Source: a virus
Lineage: Duplodnaviria; Heunggongvirae; Uroviricota; Caudoviricetes
Length of the DNA: 23,108 nucleotides
Direction: 5' to 3' (one strand)
IMG/VR virus record: IMGVR_UViG_3300028422_001686
Part shown: piece by piece, positions 7,754-17,829 of the stretch
Layout of the letters: every line of letters begins with the position of its first letter
Position numbering within the stretch: the first letter of the stretch is position 1
Notes under the pieces: generated by a model
Told to the model about the DNA's origin: nothing
Seen by the model: only the letters and a program-made list of their open reading frames with translations
The model's database searches: none
Program-made: the position numbers and the translations under genes

Positions 7754-9838
7754 TTATTTTCCTAGTCTAACGATGTACTCTTTAAGGACTGGTGATACAC
7801 TCGCATTCTTAGATGTTAATTTCGCTTTAACAATAAAAGACTTAGCTCTTTCTCCCTCTTCTGTCTTAGATATTATAGCGAACTTTTCATTAGTCAGCAA
7901 ACCTTGATTGCGTCTAACACGTACACAAAATCTCCAAAAACCATCAAGATCTTTGCTTATTGCATATATTTGTTCAGCGTCTTTTTCTTCTAAAGTTGAA
8001 AGCTTGTTTAAATTCGACCTTGTAATAGTCTGCTCCCAATATGGAAGCCGATTTCTATAAACTGAATTTGGATCAATTCTATCTATCAATGCTACACCAT
8101 AATATTCAACTGATGTATCTTCGTCTTTAAGCTGACTACCAACTCCCTCAATAAGATATTTATGATTATATGGATACCTTTGGTCCATTATTACTGTCTC
8201 ACCCTTATAGTTGTCTACTGTAATTTCTTGCCAGTTATCCCTATGGGTTGAAAATTTATGAAACCCTTTAGTTAATGTAACTTCTCCAGCAACCTTAGCT
8301 CCGTCTAAAACAGCTTCTGTTTCTCCAAAATCTATTTCAACTCCGGCCTCAATATCGATATAGAAGTTGCAGCTATATGTATTTTCTTCAAGTTTCCATC
8401 CAGTATCAATATCATTTATTTTAACTATAGAACTATTATCTCCTAAGTTTCTAGCAAGAATATATTTTTCTGATGCGATTTCTGATTCGGACATCCAGTC
8501 TAAAGCAAGAATGTTTAGCTCCTTCTTTAGAAAGTTGATACTTTCAGATGGAAGTATCCCTGAATTGAACCCAAAATATGACTCATTCCTGACAAAAGAT
8601 ACAGATTTTTGATATGTACCGGTTGGATCGTTTATAGGGTCAATAGAAACAAAGTTTAAATCTTCTAAAGTTATATTCCCTTCATTATACTCAGTAAGTT
8701 CATTTTCTGTTAAGCCAGCAATCTCATACTCAATACCAGTCTCGTCTGGAATATAGTGACAGACTTTTAAACTAGCCGTAGAGTACTCCCCTTCATTTTC
8801 TGGAATTAGTGGAGAGGATACATATACTGCTTCAGATTTATTGTTTACTGTTTTTAAGGAGATCGAATAAAAAGCGATCCCTGTAATACTAAAGTCATAA
8901 TAGTAATTTCCATTTACAACTCTATCGCTAGACTCTTTTATTAATACAACTCTCCAATATGGAGCTATAACTTCACTAAAATTATAGTTAAATGTTCCTG
9001 ATAATCTTCCAGAGTAAACACCAGATGGATAAAGCCAATTCACCCCATCATTAGAATACTGAATTTCAGCTGTAACAATCTTGCCTATGTTTCCAGAATT
9101 AGAACGAATTGTTATCTTTGAGACGGGCTTTGTTGTGTCTGGCCTTACTTGAACAAAAACCTTCACTATTTTTTGTGTTTTATATGAAATGGAATATAGC
9201 CATGATAGATTTTGTTCATTCAAAATACTGTATATGTCTGATCCACTGGCCTCTACTTCTGACGTCATTGAGCTTCTGTCTTCAGCACTATATGTAACTG
9301 TTGAATTATTTTTTGATAGAGGAATTCTATTTTGAGACTCAAAAGGAAGTGTAACAGAGCTACTTTTTAAATCATGAAATACTTCACTTGCAGAATCAAT
9401 CAGATCGTTTTTACTAAAATTTTCTTGAATAAAATCAGAGTATCCTTCTATATCTTTGGCTGTATTTAATAAAGCCCCAACTTTTGTTTCAAGCTTTTCT
9501 ATTTCTTTTTGAAAACCAAGCAGGGTGCTGTAAGAATAACTATAGTTAGATGTATAGTCTTCTCCGCTTTGTTTAGCTTCATTGTATCCTACGGTCAAGT
9601 CATTTGTAATAGCAGTATAGAGGTTGTTAAAATATTTAACAGAACTTTTTGATTCAGGAGCAACACTAAAAACAAACTCATTTGTTGAGGGTCGATCTAA
9701 TGTTTCATTTTGTAATGACTTAGAGATCGCATCTATTCCATCCTCAATATCAGCAGGAGTAGGAGAAATTCCATCCATTAGGTATTCAACCAGAACCCTT
9801 TCTTTTAGTACTTCATAATAAGTTTCAGCAATTGTCAT
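7754..9838 (-). CDS. Large baseplate/tail-associated structural protein, paralog 1 of 3 (coiled coil plus discoidin-like beta-sandwich)
   Basis: 694 aa. NDLTVGYNE helix, VTLP, SILN....SWLY, QYSNDGVNW, APYWRVVL, C-terminal SPVLKEY. Shares its architecture with the two upstream genes. Confidence 0.75.
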   Translation of the reverse strand: MTIAETYYEVLKERVLVEYLMDGISPTPADIEDGIDAISKSLQNETLDRPSTNEFVFSVAPESKSSVKYFNNLYTAITNDLTVGYNEAKQSGEDYTSNYSYSYSTLLGFQKEIEKLETKVGALLNTAKDIEGYSDFIQENFSKNDLIDSASEVFHDLKSSSVTLPFESQNRIPLSKNNSTVTYSAEDRSSMTSEVEASGSDIYSILNEQNLSWLYSISYKTQKIVKVFVQVRPDTTKPVSKITIRSNSGNIGKIVTAEIQYSNDGVNWLYPSGVYSGRLSGTFNYNFSEVIAPYWRVVLIKESSDRVVNGNYYYDFSITGIAFYSISLKTVNNKSEAVYVSSPLIPENEGEYSTASLKVCHYIPDETGIEYEIAGLTENELTEYNEGNITLEDLNFVSIDPINDPTGTYQKSVSFVRNESYFGFNSGILPSESINFLKKELNILALDWMSESEIASEKYILARNLGDNSSIVKINDIDTGWKLEENTYSCNFYIDIEAGVEIDFGETEAVLDGAKVAGEVTLTKGFHKFSTHRDNWQEITVDNYKGETVIMDQRYPYNHKYLIEGVGSQLKDEDTSVEYYGVALIDRIDPNSVYRNRLPYWEQTITRSNLNKLSTLEEKDAEQIYAISKDLDGFWRFCVRVRRNQGLLTNEKFAIISKTEEGERAKSFIVKAKLTSKNASVSPVLKEYIVRLGK

Positions 9839-9845
9839 TTCTCAC

Positions 9846-12572
9846 CTACAGCATACTGGATGTAATAATAGATAATGTATATCCATCTATTACTGGAGTA
9901 TAATATGGTTCAAGTTCCATATCATTTTCTTCTACCTCTAGAATATACTCATAATCTATTTTTAGTAAAGGTCTAGTTTCGGTTTTTTCTAGTGATTGAA
10001 AGAAGTTAGATAGAACCTTTTCTGGAGAAAATTTTACTATATTATTACTTAGAGAATAAGATGCCTCTGGAATTTTAGAGCAAACATTGTAACTACATAC
10101 AAAATTTGTATACCTGTATTGAATATATACTGACTCTGATATACTTGAAGTAATGTATATTCGACCATTTACATAATCAACACTGTATAAACCTGTAGGG
10201 TACTCAGCCCTTAAATCCTTTGTAAACTCAGAAGAACCATTTACATAGGCTATTTCTTTTGAAAAAAGATTGGAGTTATTTAAAAACCTTATACTTTTCT
10301 TCTCTATATAGTTGTTTGGAAGCTCTCCATATAGCCCATCAAAGGTAATGTTGCATGAACTCTCTTCTGTAACATAGTCCTCACTATTAATTTTAATTAT
10401 ATTTCCATCAACTGTTAGGGGAGAGATCTCCACTCTATCTTGATATGTTACATTGATAGTAGTATCGACACTACTTAAGGTTTGAGAATAGGTATAGAGA
10501 TAACCATTTTCTTTGTCTATTGAGTAGTCACCTTCTTGGATTAGCTCTTCATTTCCATTGTAGAAAAACATTTCTCTAGCGAGTGTTCCAGTTTCTGTAA
10601 TTTCTACTATAGATGATATTTCTTTCTGCTCTAGTCGATGGACTCTGGCATTCTTGCCAAGAATTACATCTATATTTTTCTCTTCATTTTTGATTCTATA
10701 TAAAGAGATATTTGATTTAATACTATCTGAGTCAAATCTTAAAGAGGTAGATATAGAGCTAGAGTTTTCAAACAATAATTTTTCTCTTGGGTTCTTTATT
10801 GAAATATTCCCATATGGCTTCTTTCCGTTTATATCGTTGCCAAAGTAGATAATATTGTTAATATAATCATACTCATAATGCTTATTACTAGAACTTGAAG
10901 AGGATAGGTCTTCTACCCTAGTCCATAGTTCTCCAGAAACAAATACTGATTCTGTCCCACGAATAAAACATTCACTATAAAAAGGGATGATTGGAAGTTT
11001 ATGATAATATCTTGATTCTGCTGCCTCAAGTTCATTTACTCCAATTATATACCCATCACCTTTTCCTACTGAACCAAAAGAAGTATTATAAACTTTTACC
11101 GATCCAGCAACAGGTGTTTCTTCTAATGTAATAGAGTCACTTGTCGGAGAATATGTTTTAAGTTCAGTCTTTTTTGTTCTTATGTTTGCATTAGAGATCT
11201 GAGTGTTGTTATTAAATTTCTCTCTTGTTAAAACAATTTTTGTTCTAATTCCAGATACTGGTGTATCAGTCTTAATTGAACTGTCTTCTGTATCAACATT
11301 TAAGTTTAATATTTCTGGGGATGAGCTAGAGGTAGATGACAGGTCTGAAATCTCGTTCCAGTTACTCCCATTATCTGGAGATATAGAAGTTTCAACTGTT
11401 GTATTAACTCCATTGTTTCTAGAATAGACTTTTAATCCAACCTTTTTTACTTCATCTCCAGGAAGATAGTTGGTGGAGATAGTCTCTCCTTTCTCTTTAT
11501 AAGCCTCTGATGTTATAGTGATTTCTCTCAAACCAATGGCCTTTCTATTTCTCTGACCCAATGGAGTTGTAATGATATATGAGTCTTTTTGTTGAAAGAC
11601 TATATAGAGATATCTTCCTCTTCGTGGTACAAATCTAAGTGTTCTTTTTTCAGAGCCACCTGAATCACTTGGTGAAAGTTTTAGTGAACTATTCTCTGTG
11701 AGTTCTGGGAGTATCGAATCAAAAACCTTTCCATCGATAGATGAGTCAATTCTTGTAATTTCTGCATATTTCTTAGATAAGAAGGTTGTAGTAGCAATAT
11801 CGATTTTATTAAAAATACTTGTTGTTCCTAGGTCAATTTTAAGTTCTAGGATCAGTGGAGTAGACGATGGTTTTGCTGAAACTGCCTCATACTCAAACCA
11901 GGTGTCAAAACTTGAATCATATATTGCCTCTAAATTAGGCTGAGAGACACTGCCAATCTCATCATTATTTCCTCTGTAGCCATTTGATAAATCGCCAATA
12001 GAAATAGAACTGATTTCAACCTGCTTTGTTTTTGTCTTATCAACTGGAAGAAAAAGTTCTCCACTAGAAGTATCTACAGAACATAAAGACTCAGTATACA
12101 TCTCTGAGTCAGACTCTACATTATCCAAAGAAGCATAATCCTCATTATAGTATAGTGCCTTCATTGATTCTTCTGCATATATCTTATAGTCGGCCATTTG
12201 AGACCTAACTCTTTTAAGTTTACTTCGCATTGACTCACTGAGATTAACTATATTGTTATATCCATTAGTTAGGTTGCTAGACAAATCTTGAATCTCTTTA
12301 TATAGAATCTTTATATCTTTATGTATTACCCTAAAGAAATCATTTATCTTTTTAAAATTTGGAGTGTCGGTAGCTCTTAGTTCTGGAGTTTTAAATAGTG
12401 GTTCATAAAGTGTTTTTATAAAATCCCTAGAGACTCTGTGGTATTCGGCAAGAATTCTTTCTTTTTCTGACATATTTTCTTCAGAAATATTTTCCACCAT
12501 ACTTTCTAATAAAACAGATATTTTATTATCTAATAGATTTGAAAAGTTAACAGACGTTGATTTATCTGACAT
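9846..12572 (-). CDS. Large baseplate-wedge-like structural protein, paralog 2 of 3
   Basis: 908 aa with the same N-terminal architecture as its neighbours. Adds VFVSGELWTRVEDLSSS..NKHYEYDYINNIIYFGNDINGKKP, a motif type seen in T4 gp6-like and contractile-injection-system baseplate wedges, and two YS(I/V)DxxNG repeats. Confidence 0.78.
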   Translation of the reverse strand: MSDKSTSVNFSNLLDNKISVLLESMVENISEENMSEKERILAEYHRVSRDFIKTLYEPLFKTPELRATDTPNFKKINDFFRVIHKDIKILYKEIQDLSSNLTNGYNNIVNLSESMRSKLKRVRSQMADYKIYAEESMKALYYNEDYASLDNVESDSEMYTESLCSVDTSSGELFLPVDKTKTKQVEISSISIGDLSNGYRGNNDEIGSVSQPNLEAIYDSSFDTWFEYEAVSAKPSSTPLILELKIDLGTTSIFNKIDIATTTFLSKKYAEITRIDSSIDGKVFDSILPELTENSSLKLSPSDSGGSEKRTLRFVPRRGRYLYIVFQQKDSYIITTPLGQRNRKAIGLREITITSEAYKEKGETISTNYLPGDEVKKVGLKVYSRNNGVNTTVETSISPDNGSNWNEISDLSSTSSSSPEILNLNVDTEDSSIKTDTPVSGIRTKIVLTREKFNNNTQISNANIRTKKTELKTYSPTSDSITLEETPVAGSVKVYNTSFGSVGKGDGYIIGVNELEAAESRYYHKLPIIPFYSECFIRGTESVFVSGELWTRVEDLSSSSSSNKHYEYDYINNIIYFGNDINGKKPYGNISIKNPREKLLFENSSSISTSLRFDSDSIKSNISLYRIKNEEKNIDVILGKNARVHRLEQKEISSIVEITETGTLAREMFFYNGNEELIQEGDYSIDKENGYLYTYSQTLSSVDTTINVTYQDRVEISPLTVDGNIIKINSEDYVTEESSCNITFDGLYGELPNNYIEKKSIRFLNNSNLFSKEIAYVNGSSEFTKDLRAEYPTGLYSVDYVNGRIYITSSISESVYIQYRYTNFVCSYNVCSKIPEASYSLSNNIVKFSPEKVLSNFFQSLEKTETRPLLKIDYEYILEVEENDMELEPYYTPVIDGYTLSIITSSML

Positions 12573-12581
12573 ATTTTATCC

Positions 12582-14498
12582 TTAGTTGCTACTCGATGTC
12601 ATAAGTCGAAAACGAGATAAAACTTGTGTTTTTACAATATTATCTGTATTTGTTCTAAAAGTCACCTTTAAAAAAATAGTTGACCTGTCTATCTCTTCGC
12701 CTAGATAAGTGTTAGCGAACTCCACAACCATATCTGAGCTATAGGATTCGACACTAGTTAGCTGATGAAGCTTATCTGTTTCAGAAATAAAGCGTGGTGT
12801 ATAAGACGCATAGTATCTCCCAGTCTTTAAGAGGTCTGTATTATGCAGAATCTTTATTCTTGTACTTTCATTATTTAAAACTGTCTCATCTGTGAGATCA
12901 GACTGCTCTAATCTGTCCTCAAAAACCCAATCTAATCCCCTCTCTAACATTAAGCCATTACGATATAAAGAAATCTCTGACCCATCTCCAGACGTGGTGT
13001 GACCAATAAATCGTAGCGATTTTACATCATTTTGCTTTTTAAAGTAGAGTGGTTCTGAATCAATAGATGTTAAACCTAAAGGAAGAATTGGAATAGATGA
13101 GCGCCTTAATCTTACTCCGCTTTCATTATAGTCACTCTTGTATAAGGTATATTCAATTGAACCATATGGATACTCAAGACTAGAGTCATCGGCCTTTGGT
13201 ATGTAGTCCTCTACATCTAATGCAAATGACTTTAACCCATTAATAGAAACTTTTTCACTAATAAAGTATCCTTCATCATTATACTCTGACAATCCAGCCT
13301 CTACATAATTTATACCAAATGAATACTTATAATATGTTTTATAAACTGAGTCTGCTTTCTGTGTTGTAGAAATTATCTTTATTGTATCTGGGTCAACAAC
13401 ATTTGCCTCAATGTGGTCTGAAAAGATAGATGAATCAGTTGTTTGAACACCTCTTTTAAGGTCGTCAAAAGACACCTTATTTAATGATATATCATGGTCA
13501 TAAACACCATATGAGTCCTGCTCTAAATACAGATAAAGACCGCTTGTAATCACAGTACTAAAAGAAGACTCTATTGTTTCAGATAAAGTTTCACCAATAA
13601 CTCCATCTAGATCTAATGAGACTTTTTCTCCATTTATATCTATATATTTTATATCTAAAACCTTAAATGGAACTTCAGAAGCTGGAGATATTTTAAAATA
13701 GTTAATTCTTTTTTTATCACCAAAGTCTAACCTTAATGTTAGTTTGCAGTTCTCATTAAGTGTTTTTGCTTTTAGAATATTCCAATACCACGATTTTGTG
13801 CTATCGTTTAAGATGTCGCTAAGTGATATATCAGGAAGCTGAATAGATATGTCAGATCCAGTTGATTCAGATTGAACCACTATTGCCTCACTAAAAGTAG
13901 ACTTAACCCTATCCTTAAGTGGAAGAGTTGCTCTCTTTTCATCTGAATTTATAGATAATATATTTTCTTCATTTAAAAAAGTATTCTTCCTAGAATCATA
14001 TAAAGCATCGGCATAGTCTGAATCAAGTCTAGATAGACTATTGGTATTTGAGGAGAAATTATTAACGTAGATATTGTCAAAAATAGACTCTGGGTTTCCA
14101 ACGATAGAAAGAGAATCTAGTTGTTGTTTTGTATCATTAATTAGAAGTGACAGTTCTCCGATATATTTATCTTTGACAATTTTCTCTTGTGCTTTTATCT
14201 TATTCTCAATAGACTGAAGCTCTTCAAATAATACTTCAAGATCCATTCTAATTATCGAAACAATCTCAGTCATCTGCTCAGAAAAAGCAGTACCCTCTTT
14301 GTATAAATTAAAAAGAGGGGTAGACATAATAGGCTCAATACTCTCTTTATTTATATAAGATAATGCTGTTTTTAAAGAGGACTGGTATGCTGTCTTGCTC
14401 TCAAATCTATCATTTTGATACATTCGATTAAAATATTCTGTAATCTTGTTTGCCTGATTGTATAGCACAGTTGAAATATTTCCAGCTATTTCTGCCAT
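12582..14498 (-). CDS. Large baseplate/tail-associated structural protein, paralog 3 of 3
   Basis: 638 aa. MDLEVLFEEL helix, ATLP, DILNDSTKSWYW, LRLDFGDKKRINYFKISP, YSFGI, LYRNGLMLERGLDW, C-terminal TQVLSRF. Confidence 0.75.
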   Translation of the reverse strand: MAEIAGNISTVLYNQANKITEYFNRMYQNDRFESKTAYQSSLKTALSYINKESIEPIMSTPLFNLYKEGTAFSEQMTEIVSIIRMDLEVLFEELQSIENKIKAQEKIVKDKYIGELSLLINDTKQQLDSLSIVGNPESIFDNIYVNNFSSNTNSLSRLDSDYADALYDSRKNTFLNEENILSINSDEKRATLPLKDRVKSTFSEAIVVQSESTGSDISIQLPDISLSDILNDSTKSWYWNILKAKTLNENCKLTLRLDFGDKKRINYFKISPASEVPFKVLDIKYIDINGEKVSLDLDGVIGETLSETIESSFSTVITSGLYLYLEQDSYGVYDHDISLNKVSFDDLKRGVQTTDSSIFSDHIEANVVDPDTIKIISTTQKADSVYKTYYKYSFGINYVEAGLSEYNDEGYFISEKVSINGLKSFALDVEDYIPKADDSSLEYPYGSIEYTLYKSDYNESGVRLRRSSIPILPLGLTSIDSEPLYFKKQNDVKSLRFIGHTTSGDGSEISLYRNGLMLERGLDWVFEDRLEQSDLTDETVLNNESTRIKILHNTDLLKTGRYYASYTPRFISETDKLHQLTSVESYSSDMVVEFANTYLGEEIDRSTIFLKVTFRTNTDNIVKTQVLSRFRLMTSSSN

Positions 14499-14500
14499 AA

Positions 14501-15190
14501 TTAATTCTCACTTGAAATAAAAGTTAATCCTACATCTACAGAGAGATGCATGGCTCTAGATAGATAAGGTGGAGTTCTTACAAAGAGTGAAAACTCTGCT
14601 TCCTCTAACCTTCCAATAACACCGCCTTTATATATCAAAGGAATGGCGGTTGTCTTTCCAGTGCCAATACCAGATCTTATTGGTGTTTCTTTATAAATCT
14701 TTATCCTATAGTTTTCACCTTCAACACTTTCAGTAAAACCTTCACTTAATGTGTAGTATTGATTTTCTACGTCATATGATGATATTAAACGACTCTCTCC
14801 AGCCATTTCTCCAGACATAATCTCGATATAAGAATTAGTAAAAATATCTATCTTTTCTTCTCTTGTATAATCAAAGATTCTTAATGAATCATGGTAGTCA
14901 ATGGTTCCTGTTACCTCATAGCTTTGCACTACAAAAAGGCCATACACTCCATCGTATCTCTCTCCAAAAGAGATTATACTTTCATAGTCTTTTAAGGCTG
15001 TAGAGCTTCCTTCATAGCTTTTATATTTTGGCATTATATAAATACCACACCCTTGAATAGGAAGCTTAGATGTATGTTTTACTGAAAAAGTATGCAGGTC
15101 AGAGACTTCTGACTCCTTCATGCTTCCAAGGTTAACCCTACTGTCTGAGGTTATAATATCATTTTTGTATGACCATACTATACTTGTCAT
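14501..15190 (-). CDS. Structural protein of unknown function
   Basis: 229 aa; 4-nt ATGA overlap with the upstream gene. Contains YIEIMSGEMAGESRLISSY...TLSEGF...GENYRI, a beta-domain also present in the 880-aa protein. Confidence 0.78.
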   Translation of the reverse strand: MTSIVWSYKNDIITSDSRVNLGSMKESEVSDLHTFSVKHTSKLPIQGCGIYIMPKYKSYEGSSTALKDYESIISFGERYDGVYGLFVVQSYEVTGTIDYHDSLRIFDYTREEKIDIFTNSYIEIMSGEMAGESRLISSYDVENQYYTLSEGFTESVEGENYRIKIYKETPIRSGIGTGKTTAIPLIYKGGVIGRLEEAEFSLFVRTPPYLSRAMHLSVDVGLTFISSEN

Positions 15191-17829
15191 AACCCATAAC
15201 TCCCTTCGCCATATTTGCTAATACCATAGGTTGCTTGTGATTGAACAACAGCATAGTTATAAGGAATTGCCCCAGCTACTCTAGAAGGAAGACTTTCAAT
15301 TCCTGAGTTGATTGCTGTAACCATAAAATAATATGTTTTATTGTTCTCTAGTCCTGTCACTATAACACTATCAAAAACCCCCGCTATTGTCTTGTATAGT
15401 TTAAGGTTATCTGCCGAAACCCCATAGTATATAGAGTAGGATGTTGCACCCACATCTTGCCAAAGCACTTCAACTTCACCATTTCCAGGATTAAGTTTAG
15501 TTATTTGTGTACTATTATCATAGTATTTAATTATAGGATAAGATCCACTCGCAGCATGTTTCTCAACAATTTCTCTAACTTGAGACCTAGTTAAGTTTCC
15601 ACCAACTTCTTGTAAAATACTTCTGGGTATATCAACAATAAATGCACATGCCCCAGGAAAAGCTTGTCCGTCCCAATTTCCAATATCCCAATACCATTGA
15701 ACTTGATCTTGAAGATTTAATGCCTCATTGGTTTTTGATTCATAAATTCCTCCCCCTCTAACTCTTATATCTTTCTTTGAGATATTAGATGGAAAAAGAG
15801 TTTTTACCGGATAAACATCGCCAAGGAGGAGGTAGTAGTGTGGCTCAGCCGTAAAAGTGTCCACAAAGCCACTGTAATTAAAGGTTGTATCCAGTCTTTC
15901 ATTATGATACTCATATCCATTTAGTTTAGAGTTTATTCTAAAGTTTACTCCCTCAACTATAGGGTATTCAAAATTATGCTCAGGAATGATGGAGTAGTAT
16001 GGTGAAGGAATTGTTTTTAATGATGTAGCTATCTGAGGATTATCTTCGACATATGTTGCAACAAGACCGTAGGTTTCTGAATAAATATTAAAGGCGTTAC
16101 AAATCTGACTTGCTGTAGAGACACCATTCTCTATATAGATGGTGTATACATTGTTATTGTACAAGACATATTCACTCCCAGCACTTGTGCCATGAGTGTA
16201 CTTAATTTCTTTCCCTGTATTTAAACCAATACTATCATCTCGATCTGTAAAAGTAACATCACCAACAGTAAGCGTGGATGGCGCAAGCGAAATGTTAGAG
16301 ATTTTTATTTTGTCTCCAGCATTAACGCCTGTCAAGATTTCTAACTCCCTTCCAACACAACTTTGTGGGATTACTGTATTTTCATCCCTTATCTCAGAAA
16401 TAGATCCGCTAGTCGCAGTTGACTCTAAGGTTACGAGAGTTGCATCTTCATTTGAGAAGGTAATATATCCTTTAGAGTCATACACTATGCTGTAGACTGT
16501 TTTATTTAAGCTCTCACCCTCTCTCTCTGGGACTATATATACTAAAACATTTTTGTCTAAGATGTCAGGGTTTATTGATGGGTTCATTTGAAGATCTATA
16601 AGCTGATAGTATCTTTCTTCATATCTAAATGTTACATATGGAGTAAGACCGCTATCAACATCTTCATTTAGTTGAATAAGTCCATCTTCATTACAAAAGC
16701 TATGAATCTTATCTTTCTCATAAAAAATATCAGTGATAACTCCTTGAGGAGTAATATAAGCTGAAGCATCTGGATCATCAGTAAAAGCAGAAATTACTTT
16801 ACCTCTGTTATTTTTGAGTATGATGTAAACATAGAATCCATTTGTACTAAGTGCAGCCAAAGGTGAAGGGGTCACTTTTATTAATCGATTACTAATCCTA
16901 TAAGCCTTCTTTTCTACAATGTATCGGTATGGAATAGATGGATTAAAAGACTGGCTATAATACTCTGGCACCGAATATAGGCACATTTCTGAACCACAAA
17001 TTTTGTAGAAACTTCCTGGGTAAATCCTCATATGCCAGTTGTCATCCGCTGAAGGATCGGCCGGTTTATCTATGTGGATTCGACTATCTCCAGAAGTCTT
17101 GATTGAAAATCTATGGTATCCCTCTATGCTTGTTGGGCTATATGCTCTTGAATCAAAATAAACTGTAACTGTAGACTCTCCAGAAAAAGATGTTTCTACA
17201 GAGTAGGTTCTTGTTTTTGACCCACTTTCAAACATTGACCTGGTATAAAAAGGGGATGAATTCAAAAGTACAGTTATCGTTTTTCCTGTCTCTTGTTCAG
17301 TATATCTAACATAATAAATTTCATACTCAGAGCTAATTATATTTGTTTTGCAAACAAGGTTTGTATATAAGCTATATGCTTCTTCGCCCAACACCTCTGT
17401 CTCATCAACATAAAGAAATAAATCTGAACTTATTCGGTTAAAATTACTGTCTAATATTTCTACACTAGATACTGGGACTGGCAAGCTATGTCTATAATAA
17501 AAGGGTATGACCAGTTCATCAGACGTTGTTTTAAAAATATCTGTGATTAAAAATGAAGACGTTTCAAAGACGGTTGATTGACTGTAGAATGTTTCTTCTT
17601 TATATGTTTTCGGGCTATTTTCACTCATAGAAAGAGTGTTATCAACTATCATCAGGTTATCTTGCGTGTTTATAGGTGGAGCATCCAGATAGGAGACACC
17701 TACACTTGCACCACTGAATGACTCTGAATACCTTATGTGGTTGATTTCATTACGAACACTAATTCTTGTATCAACCTCTGTCTTAACAGAAATATCTTTA
17801 AAATAAAAATCTATACCTATTTTTGACAT
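15187..17829 (-). CDS. Large baseplate-associated protein with a C-terminal fibronectin type III domain
   Basis: 880 aa. Clear FN3 (PGNGEVEVLW...ATSYSIYYG...VTGLENNKTYYFMVTAIN..ES.PS, about 15280..15515), preceded by DIRVRGGG...WYWDIGNWDG...VREIVEKHAASGSYPIIKY. Ends in YGISKYGEGSYGL. Confidence 0.82.
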   Translation of the reverse strand: MSKIGIDFYFKDISVKTEVDTRISVRNEINHIRYSESFSGASVGVSYLDAPPINTQDNLMIVDNTLSMSENSPKTYKEETFYSQSTVFETSSFLITDIFKTTSDELVIPFYYRHSLPVPVSSVEILDSNFNRISSDLFLYVDETEVLGEEAYSLYTNLVCKTNIISSEYEIYYVRYTEQETGKTITVLLNSSPFYTRSMFESGSKTRTYSVETSFSGESTVTVYFDSRAYSPTSIEGYHRFSIKTSGDSRIHIDKPADPSADDNWHMRIYPGSFYKICGSEMCLYSVPEYYSQSFNPSIPYRYIVEKKAYRISNRLIKVTPSPLAALSTNGFYVYIILKNNRGKVISAFTDDPDASAYITPQGVITDIFYEKDKIHSFCNEDGLIQLNEDVDSGLTPYVTFRYEERYYQLIDLQMNPSINPDILDKNVLVYIVPEREGESLNKTVYSIVYDSKGYITFSNEDATLVTLESTATSGSISEIRDENTVIPQSCVGRELEILTGVNAGDKIKISNISLAPSTLTVGDVTFTDRDDSIGLNTGKEIKYTHGTSAGSEYVLYNNNVYTIYIENGVSTASQICNAFNIYSETYGLVATYVEDNPQIATSLKTIPSPYYSIIPEHNFEYPIVEGVNFRINSKLNGYEYHNERLDTTFNYSGFVDTFTAEPHYYLLLGDVYPVKTLFPSNISKKDIRVRGGGIYESKTNEALNLQDQVQWYWDIGNWDGQAFPGACAFIVDIPRSILQEVGGNLTRSQVREIVEKHAASGSYPIIKYYDNSTQITKLNPGNGEVEVLWQDVGATSYSIYYGVSADNLKLYKTIAGVFDSVIVTGLENNKTYYFMVTAINSGIESLPSRVAGAIPYNYAVVQSQATYGISKYGEGSYGL

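Noticed and set aside
7748-7756. In-frame neighbours separated by a single TAA (TAA TCC ATG here; similarly 22107..22124) as possible read-through fusions
   Set aside because: TAA is rarely read through, each downstream gene has its own SD, and in-frame adjacency occurs one time in three by chance.
10885-10910. Poly-Ser run (DLSSSSSSNK) as a simple-sequence or phase-variable repeat
   Set aside because: It is encoded by mixed Ser codons, so it is not a DNA microsatellite.
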